Below are positions 1-12,823 of a DNA stretch of 64,000 bases, piece by piece; the first letter of the stretch is position 1, and every line of letters begins with the position of its first letter. The stretch comes from Monocercomonoides exilis PA203. Lineage: Eukaryota; Protista; Preaxostyla. The position numbers and the translations under genes are program-made. The notes below the pieces were generated by a model. The model was given only the letters and a program-made list of their open reading frames with translations, did not search any database and was not told the DNA's origin. The stretch covers positions 248,001 through 312,000 of the forward strand of contig LSRY02000024.1 of NCBI GenBank assembly GCA_001643675.2, given 5' to 3'.

Positions 1-39
1 TTCGAAGGAAAACGCGAAAAAGAAGAGAAAATTACGATT

Positions 40-2364
40 TTGGATGGTTTTGGAATGGAAAAGTGCAAAAATGGTGGAGAAGAAAGAGAAAGAGAAGGAG
101 AAAGAGGAGGAAGAGAACGTGAAATTGTATTTGATGAAGAAGATTGCAGAGGAATAGAAATGAAGCTGTTCACTTTTCATTCGTTGCTTGAGATTGGAAA
201 CACAAGAAAGAGAGAAGAAGAGAAAAGAGGAAGAGAAGAAGAAGGAAGAGAAAGAAGAGAAAGAAGAGAAGAAGAAGAAGAAGAAGAAGAAGAAGAAGAA
301 GAAGAAAATGAAAGAAATCTTTCCTTTTTTGAGGATTTAATGAAGGCAATAGCAAAAAGCATAAATAACAAAGATATTAACAATAACCAATTAATTTCAT
401 CGCATTTTTCATTTCCTTCTTTTTCATTGAATTCATCATCATCATCATCATCATCATCTTCTTCTTCTTCTTCACTTTCTTCTTCTTCATTTTCTTTCTT
501 TCATCGCCCGCTCCTCTTCTTCTCCACCCCTTTCTATGCCCTTGTCATTGACGCTTCTTCTGGTTTTGTTCTTTCTTCACTCAAATTCCCCGAAAAAGCC
601 ATTTCCGTTTCGTTTTCTCCTCTTTTCCTCCATCTTTTGACAGAAAAACGACAAATTTATTCGTTTTCTCTGCTTTTGCCTTCGTTTTTCGATTCTTCTT
701 CTTCTTCTTCTTTTTCTTTTTCTTCTTCTTCTTCTTCATCTTCTTCTTCTTTCAAACAAAACCAAACCCTCAAAAATGAAAGCGTTTTCACTCAAAAACA
801 AAGAAATTTCAATGAAAATTCAAAAAAACTTATCATTTTTGGGGAAAAATTCGTTCATGAAGGAATTACGTCTTCGTTTCGTTCTCTTTCTCCGTCTGAT
901 TATTCGATTGTTGGCAATAAAAACTTGTTTCTTCTTCTTTTCAAGCAAAACATTACTTCTTCTCTTTCTTCTTCTTCTTCTTCCTCTTCTTCTTCTTCTT
1001 CGAGACAGTTCAATCATTTTCCTCTTTCTCTCCATTCTTCTCATTCTTCTCTTCTTCCCAATCGTTTTTTGCATTCGAGACCAACAAACCCTTTCCCTCT
1101 TCTAACTCTTTCTTCTTCCTCTTCTTCCTCTTCCTCTTCTTCTTCCTTTTCTTCTCCCTCTCCTTCTCCTCTTTCTTCTCCTTCTCTCTTCCCTTCTCTT
1201 TTTCCCTCTCCTTCTCCTTCTCTTTCTCCTTCATTCTTTCCTTCCCCTTCCACTTCCATTTCACCTTCCCCTTCTCTTCCTCTTCTTCCCTCATTCTCCT
1301 CCTCCTCCTCCTCTTCTTCTTCTTCTCTTTCTTCCTCTCCCGTCTTCAATTTCGTTGAACATCAGCCGATTTCTCATTCTTTCAATGATATTCAATTGAA
1401 TCAGACAGAATTCAATGAATTTTCTTCATTTAACTCAAAAAAACAAATAAATGATGGAATTTTGAATAATTCTTCTTCTTCTTTTTCTTCTCCTTCTCCT
1501 CTTCCTCTTCCTCTTTCACATTCTATTTCTTCTTCTCCTTTTTCATCTTCTCCTTCTCCTCTTTCTTCTTCTCCTCCTTCAAACAATTCGCTTTTATCTT
1601 CTTCTTCTCCTTCTTCTTCTTCTGATTCATTAAACACACCAATTTCATATCATTTCATTCCAATTAGCTCAAAACAACATTCATCATCATCATCATCTTC
1701 TTCTTCTTCTTCTTCTCTTCCTCCTCCTTCTTCAAATTCTTCTTGTTTTATTTCTTCTTCCTCTTCTTCCTCTTCTCCTTCTCCTCCTTCTCAATTTTCC
1801 TTCCCCAGCCAACCAAACATAAATGCAATAGAAAACACAGTTATTTCTTTTCATCCATCTTCTCCTTCTTCTTCTTTCTCTTCTTCTTCTTTCTCTTCTT
1901 CTCCTCCTCCTTCTTCTTCTTCTTTCTCTTCTTTCTCTCCTTCTTCTTCTTCTTTCTCTTCTCCTCCTCCTCCTTCTCCTCCTTCTCCGTCCACATTACA
2001 TCTTCAACTCCAGCTTCATTCAATGAAATTGAACCAACAAAACTTTAAGTTCAATCAAAATAACCAAAATAACAAGAATTTCAATGGAAATAGCCAAAAT
2101 ATTCAGAACAAACCTAATTTTCCTCAAAAATACAGAGAAAAAATTGAAAAAATTTCAAGTTTTCCTCAAAATTTGAGAGAAAACAACAGAAAAAAAGGAA
2201 ATTTCAATGAAAATTCACAAAATTCAGTGAAAATTTCGCCTTTCATTGAAAAAGTGACACCTCAAGTTATTTTGAATGAATTGCCTATAGAAGCAGTGCC
2301 AATAAGAGAAGGAAGGGGTATGTGAAGAATAAAGAGAGAGAAAAAGAGAAAGAGAAAGAGAAAG

Positions 2365-2418
<54 letters not shown>

Positions 2419-2482
2419 AGGAGGGAGTGAATAAATGTGGAATTGAATGGTTGAAAGAGTTGTGAATTATTTTTTTATAAAA

Positions 2483-2544
<62 letters not shown>

Positions 2545-5377
2545 CTCTCTATTTGAATTCTATTCTTATCATTATGATATTTATTAATCTATTTCATTTA
2601 AACATTTATTTCATATTTTTATGTTTATTCATCCTTTTCTTTCTTTTCTTTCTTTTCTTTCTTTTCTTTCTTTTATCCAAATATGTCCTATTTAATTTTA
2701 ATAAAACTCATCAGAATTCAGCTTTGGAGGAACAAAAATTGTCGAAGGCGAAGAAGAAGAAGGAAATGAAGAAGAAGAAGAAGAAGATTTTGAAGAAGTA
2801 AATGTTTTCAATGAAACTTTCATTTTTGTTGAAGGAAAAGAGAGAGAAAGAGGAAAAGAAAGAAGAGAAGAAAGAAGAGAAAGAAGAGAAAGAGAAAGAG
2901 AAAGAGAAAATCAATTTTTGAATGAAAAAAGAAGAAATAAACAGAATTTCAATGAAAATTTCGCATTTTCTCCTCAAAAAACGCATCAAAATAGAATTTC
3001 TTCAAGTTTTTCACCAAATTTTATCCAAAATCAACCTTTTACTCAAAATTACAGAAATCAATTTTCTTCTTCTTCTCCTCCACCTTCTTCTTCTTCATTT
3101 TCATATTCTTCTTCTTCTTCTTTCTCTCCTTCTTCTTCCCCAACATCTTCATATTTATCCAACTCATTTCATTCTTCTTCCATTTCTTCTTCTCTTTCTT
3201 CCTCTTCTCCTTCTCCTTCTTTTCCTTCTCCTTCCTCTTCTTCTCCTTCTTTCCATTCATTTTCTCGTTATCTTTCTCAATCTCCTTCTTCCTCTCATTC
3301 TTCTTCTTTTTCTTCTTTTCCTTCTCCTTCTTTCTCTCTCTCTTCTTCTCATTCTTCTTCTCTTCATTCTTCTCCTTCTCCTTCTCCTTCTTCTTCTTCT
3401 TTTCAATCGCAAAATGATCCCATCTATTTTCAATCAGAACAATTTGACAACTTCAATCAAAACAAACCAGAAACTTTAATTCAATCGGAGAATTATGAGA
3501 ATTTCTCCGACGAAAAAACTATTGTGGGCGATGGAGCAGACAAGGAGCTTAAATTGGAAGCGCAAAACATGGTCACATTTGATTCCGATTCCATTACAGT
3601 TAAATCGCCTTATTTCTCTCTCTTTCCATCAAATCTTCAGAACAATCATTTTTTCAGTCAAAATTCTCAAAATTCACAAAATAATCAGAAAATATCATCT
3701 TCACATTCAAATTTTTCAGCAAATGATTCATTTTCAGTTATTTCTGTGTCACCTTTCATTACTCCTCAACTTCTCTTGCAATCTTTTGAATGTGAAGAAG
3801 ACAAACCTTTTCAACCTTCCAAATTTCAAACAAATAACAATTCTTATTTAGGAACAGCAAAACATGATCAATTATCATCATCATCATCTTCTTCTTCTTC
3901 TTCTTCTTCATTGAAAACAAATTCTTTTCCTCGTCTTTCATTTTGGCTGGTTTATATTTCAAAGTCGTCCATTTTTGATGCGTCACAGTTGATTTCTACA
4001 CCCTCTTCTCTTCTTGTTGTGAGCAAAACATTCGAAAGACAAATTAATTCTTCTTCTTCAAATTCATTTTCTTCTTCTTCCTCCTCTACTCATCTTTCTT
4101 CTTCTTCTTCTCCTTCTCTTTCTCCCTCTTCTCCTCTTTCATCATCATCATCTTCTTCTTCTTCTTCTTTTTCTCAATTAAATTCTTCTTCTCTTTCTTC
4201 TTCTCATTCATTCAACAAAACTAATCTAACATACAAAGTCGTCCAACCAGAAACTTTTCAAACAGTTTATCTTCCTTCTGCCCTCAAAAATTCTATCACA
4301 AAGCAAAATTCTTCTTCTCTTTCTTCCTCCTCCTCCTCTTCTTCTTCTTCCACAAAACAATCACATTTAACAAGAATAACTTATTCTTCATCTTCCTCTT
4401 CTCTTTCTTCCTCTTCTCTTTCCTCTTCTTCTCCTTCTTCTCCTTCTTCTTCACTTTCTTCCTCTTCTCTTTCTTCCCCTGTAATGATTTCTCATATTCC
4501 TCTTTCTTCTTCTCCTTCATTTTCCTCTTCTTCTTCTTCTTCTTCTTCTTCTGCATTAAATTCTTCCTTTTCTTCTTCTCCTTCTTTCTCTTCTCTTTCT
4601 TCTTCTCCTTCATTTTCGACTTCTTCTTTAACGAAAATCACTTCTCATTCAAACCATCCAATAAATTTCTCTTCTTCTCTTTCTTCTTCTTCTTCTCTCT
4701 CTTCTTCTCTTTCCTCTTCTTCTCATTCGTTTTTAGCTTCTTCTTCATCTTCTTCTTCTTCCACTTTTTCTTCTTCTTTTAGAGAAAAAGAAGAAAATGA
4801 TGAAGAAAATAAAGAAAAAAGAGAAGAAGAAAAAGATAAAAACGTAACAAAATACAATTCTTCTCAATTTTCTTCTCTTTCTCCTTCTTCTCTTTCTTCT
4901 TCTTCTCTTTCTTCTTCTTCTCTTTCTTCTTCTTCTCTTTCTCCTTCTTCTTCTTCTTCTTCTATTTGTATAGGGTGGAGCATTCATTCATTTCAGCCTT
5001 CTTCTTTTCTCCTTCTTTTTGACGAATTAAAACAGAAATTTCATTCTTTCACAAAAAGAGAAATGAAAAGAAGAAGAAGAGAAAGAAGAGAAAGAAGAAG
5101 AAGAGAAGGAGAAGGAGAAGGAGAAGGAGAAGGAGAAAGAGAAAGAGAACGAGAAGAAGAAGATGATGATGATGAAAATGAAGAAGAAGAAGAAGAAGAA
5201 GAAAAGGAGGATGAAGAAGAAGAATATAAAATATTATTGGCTAATAATTTCATCCAAAGAAACATCAGAACATTGGATTCTTTGAAATTCTATTTATCTT
5301 CTTCTTCTTCTTCTTCTTCTCTTTCTCCTTCTCTTTTCTCTTCTTCTTCTCTTTCTCTTTCTCCTCCTTCTTCTTTC

Positions 5378-5412
<35 letters not shown>

Positions 5413-8400
5413 TTCTCTTCGTTCTCTTCTCAATCTTCTTTCTAACCAACTTTCTCTTCATTCCTTCGTTTCTACTTATTCTTCCATCCAAAACTATTCA
5501 TTGAAATATTTCTCTTCTTCTTCTCCTCTTTCTCTTTCTTCTTCTTCTTCTTCTCTTTCTCTTTCTTCTTCGCTTTCTTCCTCTTCTTCTCCTCCTCCTC
5601 CTTCTTCTTCTTCGCTTTCTTCCTCTTCTTCTCCTTCTTCTCCTTCTCCTCTTTCTCTTTCCATTTCAGTTCCTCAAAATTCTTCATCATTATCATCATC
5701 TTCTTCTTCTTCTGCTCCTCTTCTTATTCCTCGTACCTCTTCTTTCCAACAATTCTCTTCTTCTTCTTCTCTTTCTCTTTCTTCTCTAATTAATTCTTCA
5801 TCTTCATCTCTTTCTTCCTCCTCCTCATCATCATCCTCTTCCTCCTCTTCTTCTCTTCCTCTTCCTCTTCCTTCTTCTCTTTCAATTTCTCCTTCTTCTT
5901 CATCGTCTTCTTCTCCTTCTTCTCTTCTTCTCTCTCTTTCTCTCTTCCTCGGTGTTCGTCTGATGAAACTTGGTTTTTTCAATTTGGCTGCTCAGTTTTT
6001 GGCTGAAGGCGAAGCAAAACTGAAATTTGTGATTCTTCTTTGCCAAAAATGTGATATGTATCAGAAAGAAAGAGAAGAAAGAGAAGAAGAAAGAAAAGAA
6101 GAGGAAAGAGAAAGAGGAGAAAGAGAAGAAGAGGAAAGAGAAAGAGGAGAAAGAGAAGAAGAAATTAATAATTCTCGTTTGATGCAACAACAAAATTATG
6201 GAACTAATTCTTCTTCTTCTTCTTCTCAACTCTCAAAAAACGATGCGTTTTTCATTCGAAACAGGGAAATTCGTTTGGCTTTGGTCAAATTCATCATTTT
6301 GCGACTTTTTAAGCAAAAGATTGGTATTTCTTCTTCTTCTTCTTCCTCCTCCTCCTCTTCTCCTTCTTCTCATTCTCCTTCTTTTCTTTCTTTTCTTTCT
6401 TCTTCTTCTTCTCTTTCTTCTTCTCATTATCTCAATGAAATGGACTCCTTCATGTTCACAATCAAGTCTCTTTCTCTCAATTTTCCTCTTCTTCTCCCCT
6501 TTTTCGTTCTTCTTCCCGTTTCTTCTTCTTCTTCTTCTTCTTCTTCTTTCTTTTCAAATTTCAATGAAAATTGCTTAACTCCAGCTGAAATTCTGCTTTT
6601 GTCTTCTTTGTTGGAGTTTTCTCCATCGAAATGCGTGGAAATGAATGGGATGGTGAAGAAGAAGAGAGGAGAAAGAGAAAGAGGAGAAGAAGAAGAAGGA
6701 AGAGAAAGAAGAGAAGGAGAAGACGAAAGAAAATATATTTTTTCTTCTTCAAATTCTTCTTCTTCTTCTCAAACTTCTTCTTTTCCTCTTCTTTCGTCTT
6801 CTTCTTCGTCTCCTCTTCATCTTTTTGCCGCGGCACTTTTGTTATTGAAACAATCTTTTTCTTCTTTGGATTGCTTTTCTAATGTTTCTTCTTCTTCTCC
6901 CATTTCATCATCACATTCTTCTTCTCCTTCATTAACTTCTCCTCCATTTAATTCTTCCTGTTCTTCTTCTTCTCCTCCTTCCTCCTTCCTCTCCTCCATC
7001 CACAACTTCATCACAAATAACTCTCAAAAAACGAAAAATAAAACAAAATTTTTGATTGACAATTTGATTGACTCAATTTCTGATGGCATTTCCCTCTCAA
7101 AAATGATAAACACATTTATTTCAGAGCGAAAAGGTTGGAATCTTCTTTCTTCCTTTGTGGATTGCTATTTTGTTTCTTCTTCTTCTTCTCTTTCTTCTTC
7201 TTCTCTTTCTTCTCTTTCTTCTCTTTCTCCTTCTCTTTCTCCTTCTTCTCTTTCTTCTCCTCCTCCTTCTTCTTCTTCTCAACCCATTTCAATTCTTCCT
7301 TCTCTTCCTTCTTTTCTCTATTTCCTCCTCTCCTTCTTTTTCTCTCGCAAACCAAACGTAATTTTCTCTCTTCTTTTCAAACATCTTCAAAATGACTCAT
7401 TTTCTCTTCTTTCTTCTTTGCATTTGATAAAATTTCCTTTGTTTTTGTTTGAAATAAATAGAAATTTCAACATTTCTTCTTCTTCTCTTTCTTCTTCTTC
7501 TCTTTCTTCTTCATTTTCTTCCTCTTCCTCTCCTTCTCTTTCTCATTCTTCTTCTTCTCTTTCTTCTTCTTCTCTTTCTCTTCCACTTTTAAATTCTTCT
7601 CTTCTTCTTCATTATAATCAAATGAATAATCCTATTTACTCCATTCTCAATCGCATAACCTTCATCACGTCGTTCATTTCTCATGTTTTGCTTCATTTTG
7701 TTCTTCCTTTCTTCCATTCTTCTTTGAAAAACCCTGAAAATTGCAATTTTTCTTCTTCTTCTTCTTTAAATAATTCATTTTCTTCTCCTTCTTCCTCTTT
7801 CTCTTCTTCTTCCTCCTCCTCTTCCTCCTCTTTCTCTTCCTCTTCTTCTCCTTCTTCTTTCATAGAACCACCAAATATTCAATCAAAATCTTCTGTTCGT
7901 CTTCCTTTTCTCCTTCTCTTCCATTCAATTTCTGACAAATTTGGTTTTCTTCATTCAACTTCGATGAAATTATCACATTGCAAAAATGAGATAATCAATA
8001 AACAAATAAAGAATAACATGATTTCTTCTTCTTCTCTTTCTCCTCCTTCTCCTCTTTCTTCTCCTCTTTCTTCTCCTTCATCTTCTTCATCAACTTATTC
8101 TTCTTATTCTTCCTCTTCCTCTTCCTCTTCCTCTTCCTCTTCCTCTTCCTCTTCCTCTTCCTCTTCCTCTTCCTCTTCCTCTTCCTCTTCCTCTTCTTCC
8201 TCATCAGAATCATTTCCTCTTCTCCACCCTGATTTGTCTTCTCTTCTCTCGTCTTATCTCCCTCATCCTCTTCCTTCTTCTTCTTCTTCTTCTTCTTCTT
8301 CTTCTTCTTCTTCTTCCTTCTTTTCCCCTTCTTTCACAGAAAATGAGTATTTTGAGCACAAAACATTGGCTTCTACGTTAACTTCTCTATTTCAACTGTC

Positions 8401-11400
8401 TTTTCAGTCAATTTCTCAGAGTTTTGTTGGTTTTGATGAAGAAGAAGGAAAAGAAGAAAGAGAAAAAGGAGAAAAAGAAGGAAGAAGAAGAGGAAGAGGA
8501 AGAAGAGGAAGGGGAAAAGGAAGAGAAGAAAATGAATTAGAAGGAGAAGGAGGAGAAGAAGAAGAATGGATGTTTTTGAATGAATCAAGTTTTGTTCCAT
8601 TGAATGAAGAAGATTTTGAAAAGTTTAACAGAAATTTCAATAAAAATAGCAAAAATAAGAATAAAAATAGAAAATTATTTGAAAATGGAATGGAAAAGGA
8701 AGAAGAAGAAGAAGAAAGAAGAGAAGAAAGAGAAAGAGAAAGAGAAGAAAGAAGAAGAAGAAAAGAAGAAGAAAACTTGCAATTTCGGAATAGATTTGAA
8801 GGAATAAATGGCGAAGAAGAGAAAAAATGCATCGAGAGAGAGAAAAATGAAAAATATCTGATTTCTTCAAGCAAAATGAGACAAGTTTGCTTTGCAAAGG
8901 AAATAAAAGGAAGAAAAACTTTTGATAATAATTCTATATCATCTTCTTCTCCTCCTCCTCCTTCTTCTCTTTCTCCTTCTCAGAATCAATTTTCTTCCTT
9001 TTCTTCTTCTCTTCCTTCTTCCTCTCCTTCTTTTCTTTCTTTCTTCTCTTCTTCCTTCTCTTCTTCCACATATTCTGTCATCAACAATGTTTGTTTTCCT
9101 TCTCAAAAGCTTCTTTCTCTCGTTTGGCTGTTTGGTGACATTCAATTTGGAAACATTGAAAGGAGAAGAGGAGAAAGAGGAGGAAGAAGAGGAGGAGGAG
9201 AAAGAGAAAGAGAAGAAGAAGAAGAATTAAAAGAAGAAGAAGAGAAGGAGAAAGAAGAGAAAGAAGAGAAAGAAGAGAAGGAGAAAGATAAAGAGAAGAT
9301 TTCCATTCAATCTAATTTTGAGTCAAGTTTATCTTCTTCCTCTTCTTCTTCTTCTTCCTTCTCTTCTTCCTCTTCCTCTTCTTCTCCTTTATCTCTTCTT
9401 CCCCCTCTTTTCAGTGACATTGCTTCAATATTAACAGACAAAAATAGCTTAACTTTGCTAAAAAGAGGAATTTTAGCTGTAAATTCGTTGTCTTCTTTGC
9501 TTTTCTCTTCTTTTGCTCTTTTTCTCTTTCTGTTACAGAGAATTATGAAGGATATGAATGGAATTTATGAAGAAGAGGAAGAGGAAGAGGAAGAAAATGA
9601 AGAGAAAAATGAAGAAAAAGAGAGAAGAGAAGAAGAAGAGAAGAGAAAAGAAAAAGAAGAAGAAGAAATGAAAGAGAAAGAAGAAAATAAAGGAGAAAAA
9701 GAAGAAAAAGAAGAAAATAGAGAAAGAAGAAAGCTAAAAACAAAAGATAATGAAACAAACAACCAAACAATTTTTAACAACAATAAAGAAATTCTTTTAA
9801 GTTCTTCTTTGTTTCCTTCTCTTCTTCTGCTTCAGAAATGCAACAGCAAACATTTTAATTGGCTTAATTTCTTTCTTTCTCCACTTTGTTTGGGATTTTC
9901 ATTCATTAAGAGTGTTTTGTTTGAAGATGGAGAGAAAGATGAAGAGGAAGAGAAGGAAAAGGAAGAGAAGGAAGAGAAAGAGAAAGAGAAAGAGAAGGAA
10001 GAGAAAAAAGAAGAAAATGAAAATAAAGAAGAAGAAGAAAACAAAAAAGAAGAAATCAATCAAAGCAATAGTAAATTCATATCAAATCCATCAAAATCTT
10101 CATTTTCAGTCAAATTTCACTCAAGACAAGACATTTCATTCTGTTGCAAATTGAAAGAAGAAGAAAGAGAAGGAGAAAGAGAAGGAGAAATAACAAAGGG
10201 AGATATAATCAACTTCATTTTGTCTCATATTTTTCCTCATTCTTTTCATAGCGAAATTTTCAATGAAGTGAAATCACCAAAACAGGTGGTGCAAAACATG
10301 CGAGAAACGGAGAATTTAATTTCTCCGTTCTTTTGGCCTGCTTCAATTGATGCAGCTGACTCAATTTTAGCTGCCTATTCTGTTTTGTGCTCATTTGCAT
10401 CTTCTTTTTCTTCCTCTTCCTCTTCTTCCTCTATCTTTTCTTCATCTTCCTCAAATTCATCATCTTCTTCTTCTTTTTCGTTGCCTTCTTCTTTTACCCC
10501 AACATCCTTTTCATCTTCTCCTGCTCTTTCATGTTTAGCTCGTCTTTTCTGCTTGAAATTCAGTTCATTCGAGTTGTCTTTCATTCATTTGATCAGCTTA
10601 ACTCAATCAATTTTGCTTTGTTCCATCGAATTCAATGCAAATCTTGCTCATTTTCTTATTTCTCAATTGTGGGAATATTGTTGTTCGTGTTTTAATCTGC
10701 CTATTTCAGAACAGCGTGGAGAAGGTATTTTTGACCCATTTTATGTGCCACCATTACAAAATTTGACATGCATGTCAAAATCAATCGATTTTCTGTTTGC
10801 CTTTGGAGGATTGACTTCACTTGCCTTGCTTTCTCTCATTCGCGAAGACAAATTCATTGAAGCTCTGAAATTGTGCTATTTCAGGTGCAATCACTCTGTT
10901 TTTGTGGAGTTTGCGAAATCTGCCTGTGAAACTGTATGTCTTCTATTTATCTTTTATTTCATTTTATTTTTCTCTCTTTTTAACTTTTTATTATTCTTTT
11001 CGAATATCTTTTTTTTTAATTTATTCATGTTCAATTTTTTCAATAATTATTTTTTCTTTTCTTTTCTTTTCTTTTCTTTTCTTTTCTTTTCTTTTCTTTT
11101 TTCTTTAAAATTTTCTTATTATTTCAAAAAATATTAATTTATTAATTCAAAATCTTATTTCCCTTTTCAGCCATTGCATTGGAAGGAATGCTTTTCATTT
11201 TTGTCTTCTTTGCCTTTGCCTCAAAATAAATCCAATGAAAATCTCAAACAACTCATTTCTGTGCTTTTATCACACTGCATCCAAATATTCCCTCTTTCTG
11301 CTCTTCCAATAATTCTTTCTTCTTCTTCTCCCTCCTCTTCTTCTTCTTCACTTACTTCATCTTCTTCTCATTCTTCCAATTATTCTTCTTCTTCTTCCTC

Positions 11401-11524
11401 CTCCTCCTCCTCCTCTACATCTCCAAGCCCTCTAGCTGAAATCTTCATTTCTCCTTCATTTCAAAAAGTCATTCAAGATCGTATCTTATCTGAGAGTGCT
11501 CTTCTTATTCGCTCCCTTCTCTAA
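40..11524 (+). CDS. HPS3: Giant Ser/Glu-tract-inflated protein, probable HPS3 (BLOC-2 subunit) homolog; exons <=40..2317, 2715..10933, 11171..11524; probably 5'-truncated by the window edge
   Basis: Three ORFs join in frame across GT-AG introns 2318..2714 (GTATGT donor, phase 1) and 10934..11170 (GTATGT donor, phase 0). Non-repetitive islands resemble recalled HPS3 segments in the right order: FFSTPFYALV..LKFPEKAISVSFSPLFLHLLT..YSFSL (cf. [32 protein letters not shown]..CFTVR); GWSIHSFQPSSFLLLFDEL (cf. GWNLYIVNTISPVQLYKEM); C-terminal GLTSLALLSLIREDKFIEALKLCYFRC..HWKE (cf. [26 protein letters not shown]..WWKK). The gene model is well supported; the HPS3 identity rests on memory alignment. Confidence 0.55.
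2318..2714 (+). other. Spliceosomal intron with a purine-rich 5' half, a 56-nt poly-T (2487..2542) and a TTTC-rich 3' half
   Basis: GTATGT donor at 2318 and CAG acceptor at 2714; removing it joins the flanking ORFs in frame. Confidence 0.8.
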
Positions 11525-12823
11525 ACAGTCTGAATTGCGGAATTTTTTTCTTCTTTTTTCTTTTCTTTTTTTTTAATTTATGTTTAAGAGAAAATTATTT
11601 ATTTATTTATTTTTTTGATTTTATTTATTTATTTACAAAAAGATATTTTTTTTTCAGATTTTCATTTGAATATCATCATCAAAAATGATTTTTCTTTTAT
11701 TAAACATCTATTTTTTTTATCAAATGTTAGTGGCGAGTTTTGATGTTAAAAAGCATTCATTTCTTGAAAATTCATTTTTTAATGTTCTTTTTTTGTTTGT
11801 ATATTGTTCAAAAGAAAGATTACGAAAGATTTTTTCATATTTTTTCAGTTGTAATGGATCGATTTTTTTTTCTTTTTTTGATTTTATTTTCAAAATATTC
11901 TTTTGTGTTTCAACTGATAATTTGGTTATATTTGAATGTATAGAGAAAATTTTATTTATTTCATTCTTCAATAGAACATCAAGTAATAATCAGCATTAGA
12001 ACTTTCTTTAACTTATTTTGTAATGTCATTATTTTCATTCAAAAGGGATAAAAACCAAAATAAAATCATAAATTGAATGTTAATTGAGAATGATAAAAGG
12101 AATAATTATTCACATTTCCTTTTTATTGAATTTGTTAAAAAAAGAGTCAATATTGATAAAAGAAGCAAGAAATCAATTTATTGCGAAGATGAAATGTTAA
12201 CAAAAGTTTCACAAAGTGAAATGAATGTTTTGCGTCAAAAACAATTTTGGATAAGAAAACACTGAATTGATTCAAAGAAAATTTGGTGTTATTTTGATTT
12301 TATTTTATTTTTCTTTTCTTTTCTTTTTTTCACTTGCAACAATGTTAATAAATTACTATTAAACAGAACAAAGAAGCTAAAAAAAATACTAATTTTGACA
12401 AGAAAATATGTCAAAAAATTTGAAAAAATATAAAAAGAATAATATTTCGCAACGGTTTGAAATTAGATAGAAACGAAGAATTGATAATTGGTATTAACAA
12501 AAAAAGGAACAATTCAAAATAAATGATCATTTGTTCAAAAACAACAAGTTCAAATTATTCAAAAAAAAAAAAAAAAAAATTTCGAAAGGAAAAAAAAATG
12601 ATAAAAAAAAGAAATCTCTATTTCCATTTTCATCAGAATTGAATAATCATAATTTTATTTTTCTCTTTTTATAAATGTTTTCTTTTTCTTTTTTTTTTCT
12701 TTTTTTTTTTCCTTTTATTCTTTCTTTTTTATTTAATTTTAATATTTCTTTATTTTTCTTTTATTTTATTTTATTTAACTTCATTTTTTCCCCTCCCCCC
12801 CCCCCCCACCTCTCCATTCTCTT

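Noticed and set aside
170-10700. Dozens of short overlapping ORFs rich in L/F/K/R/E on alternative frames and strands
   Set aside because: They are shadows of stop-free (TCT/GAA)n tracts in the real gene and have no independent coding signal.
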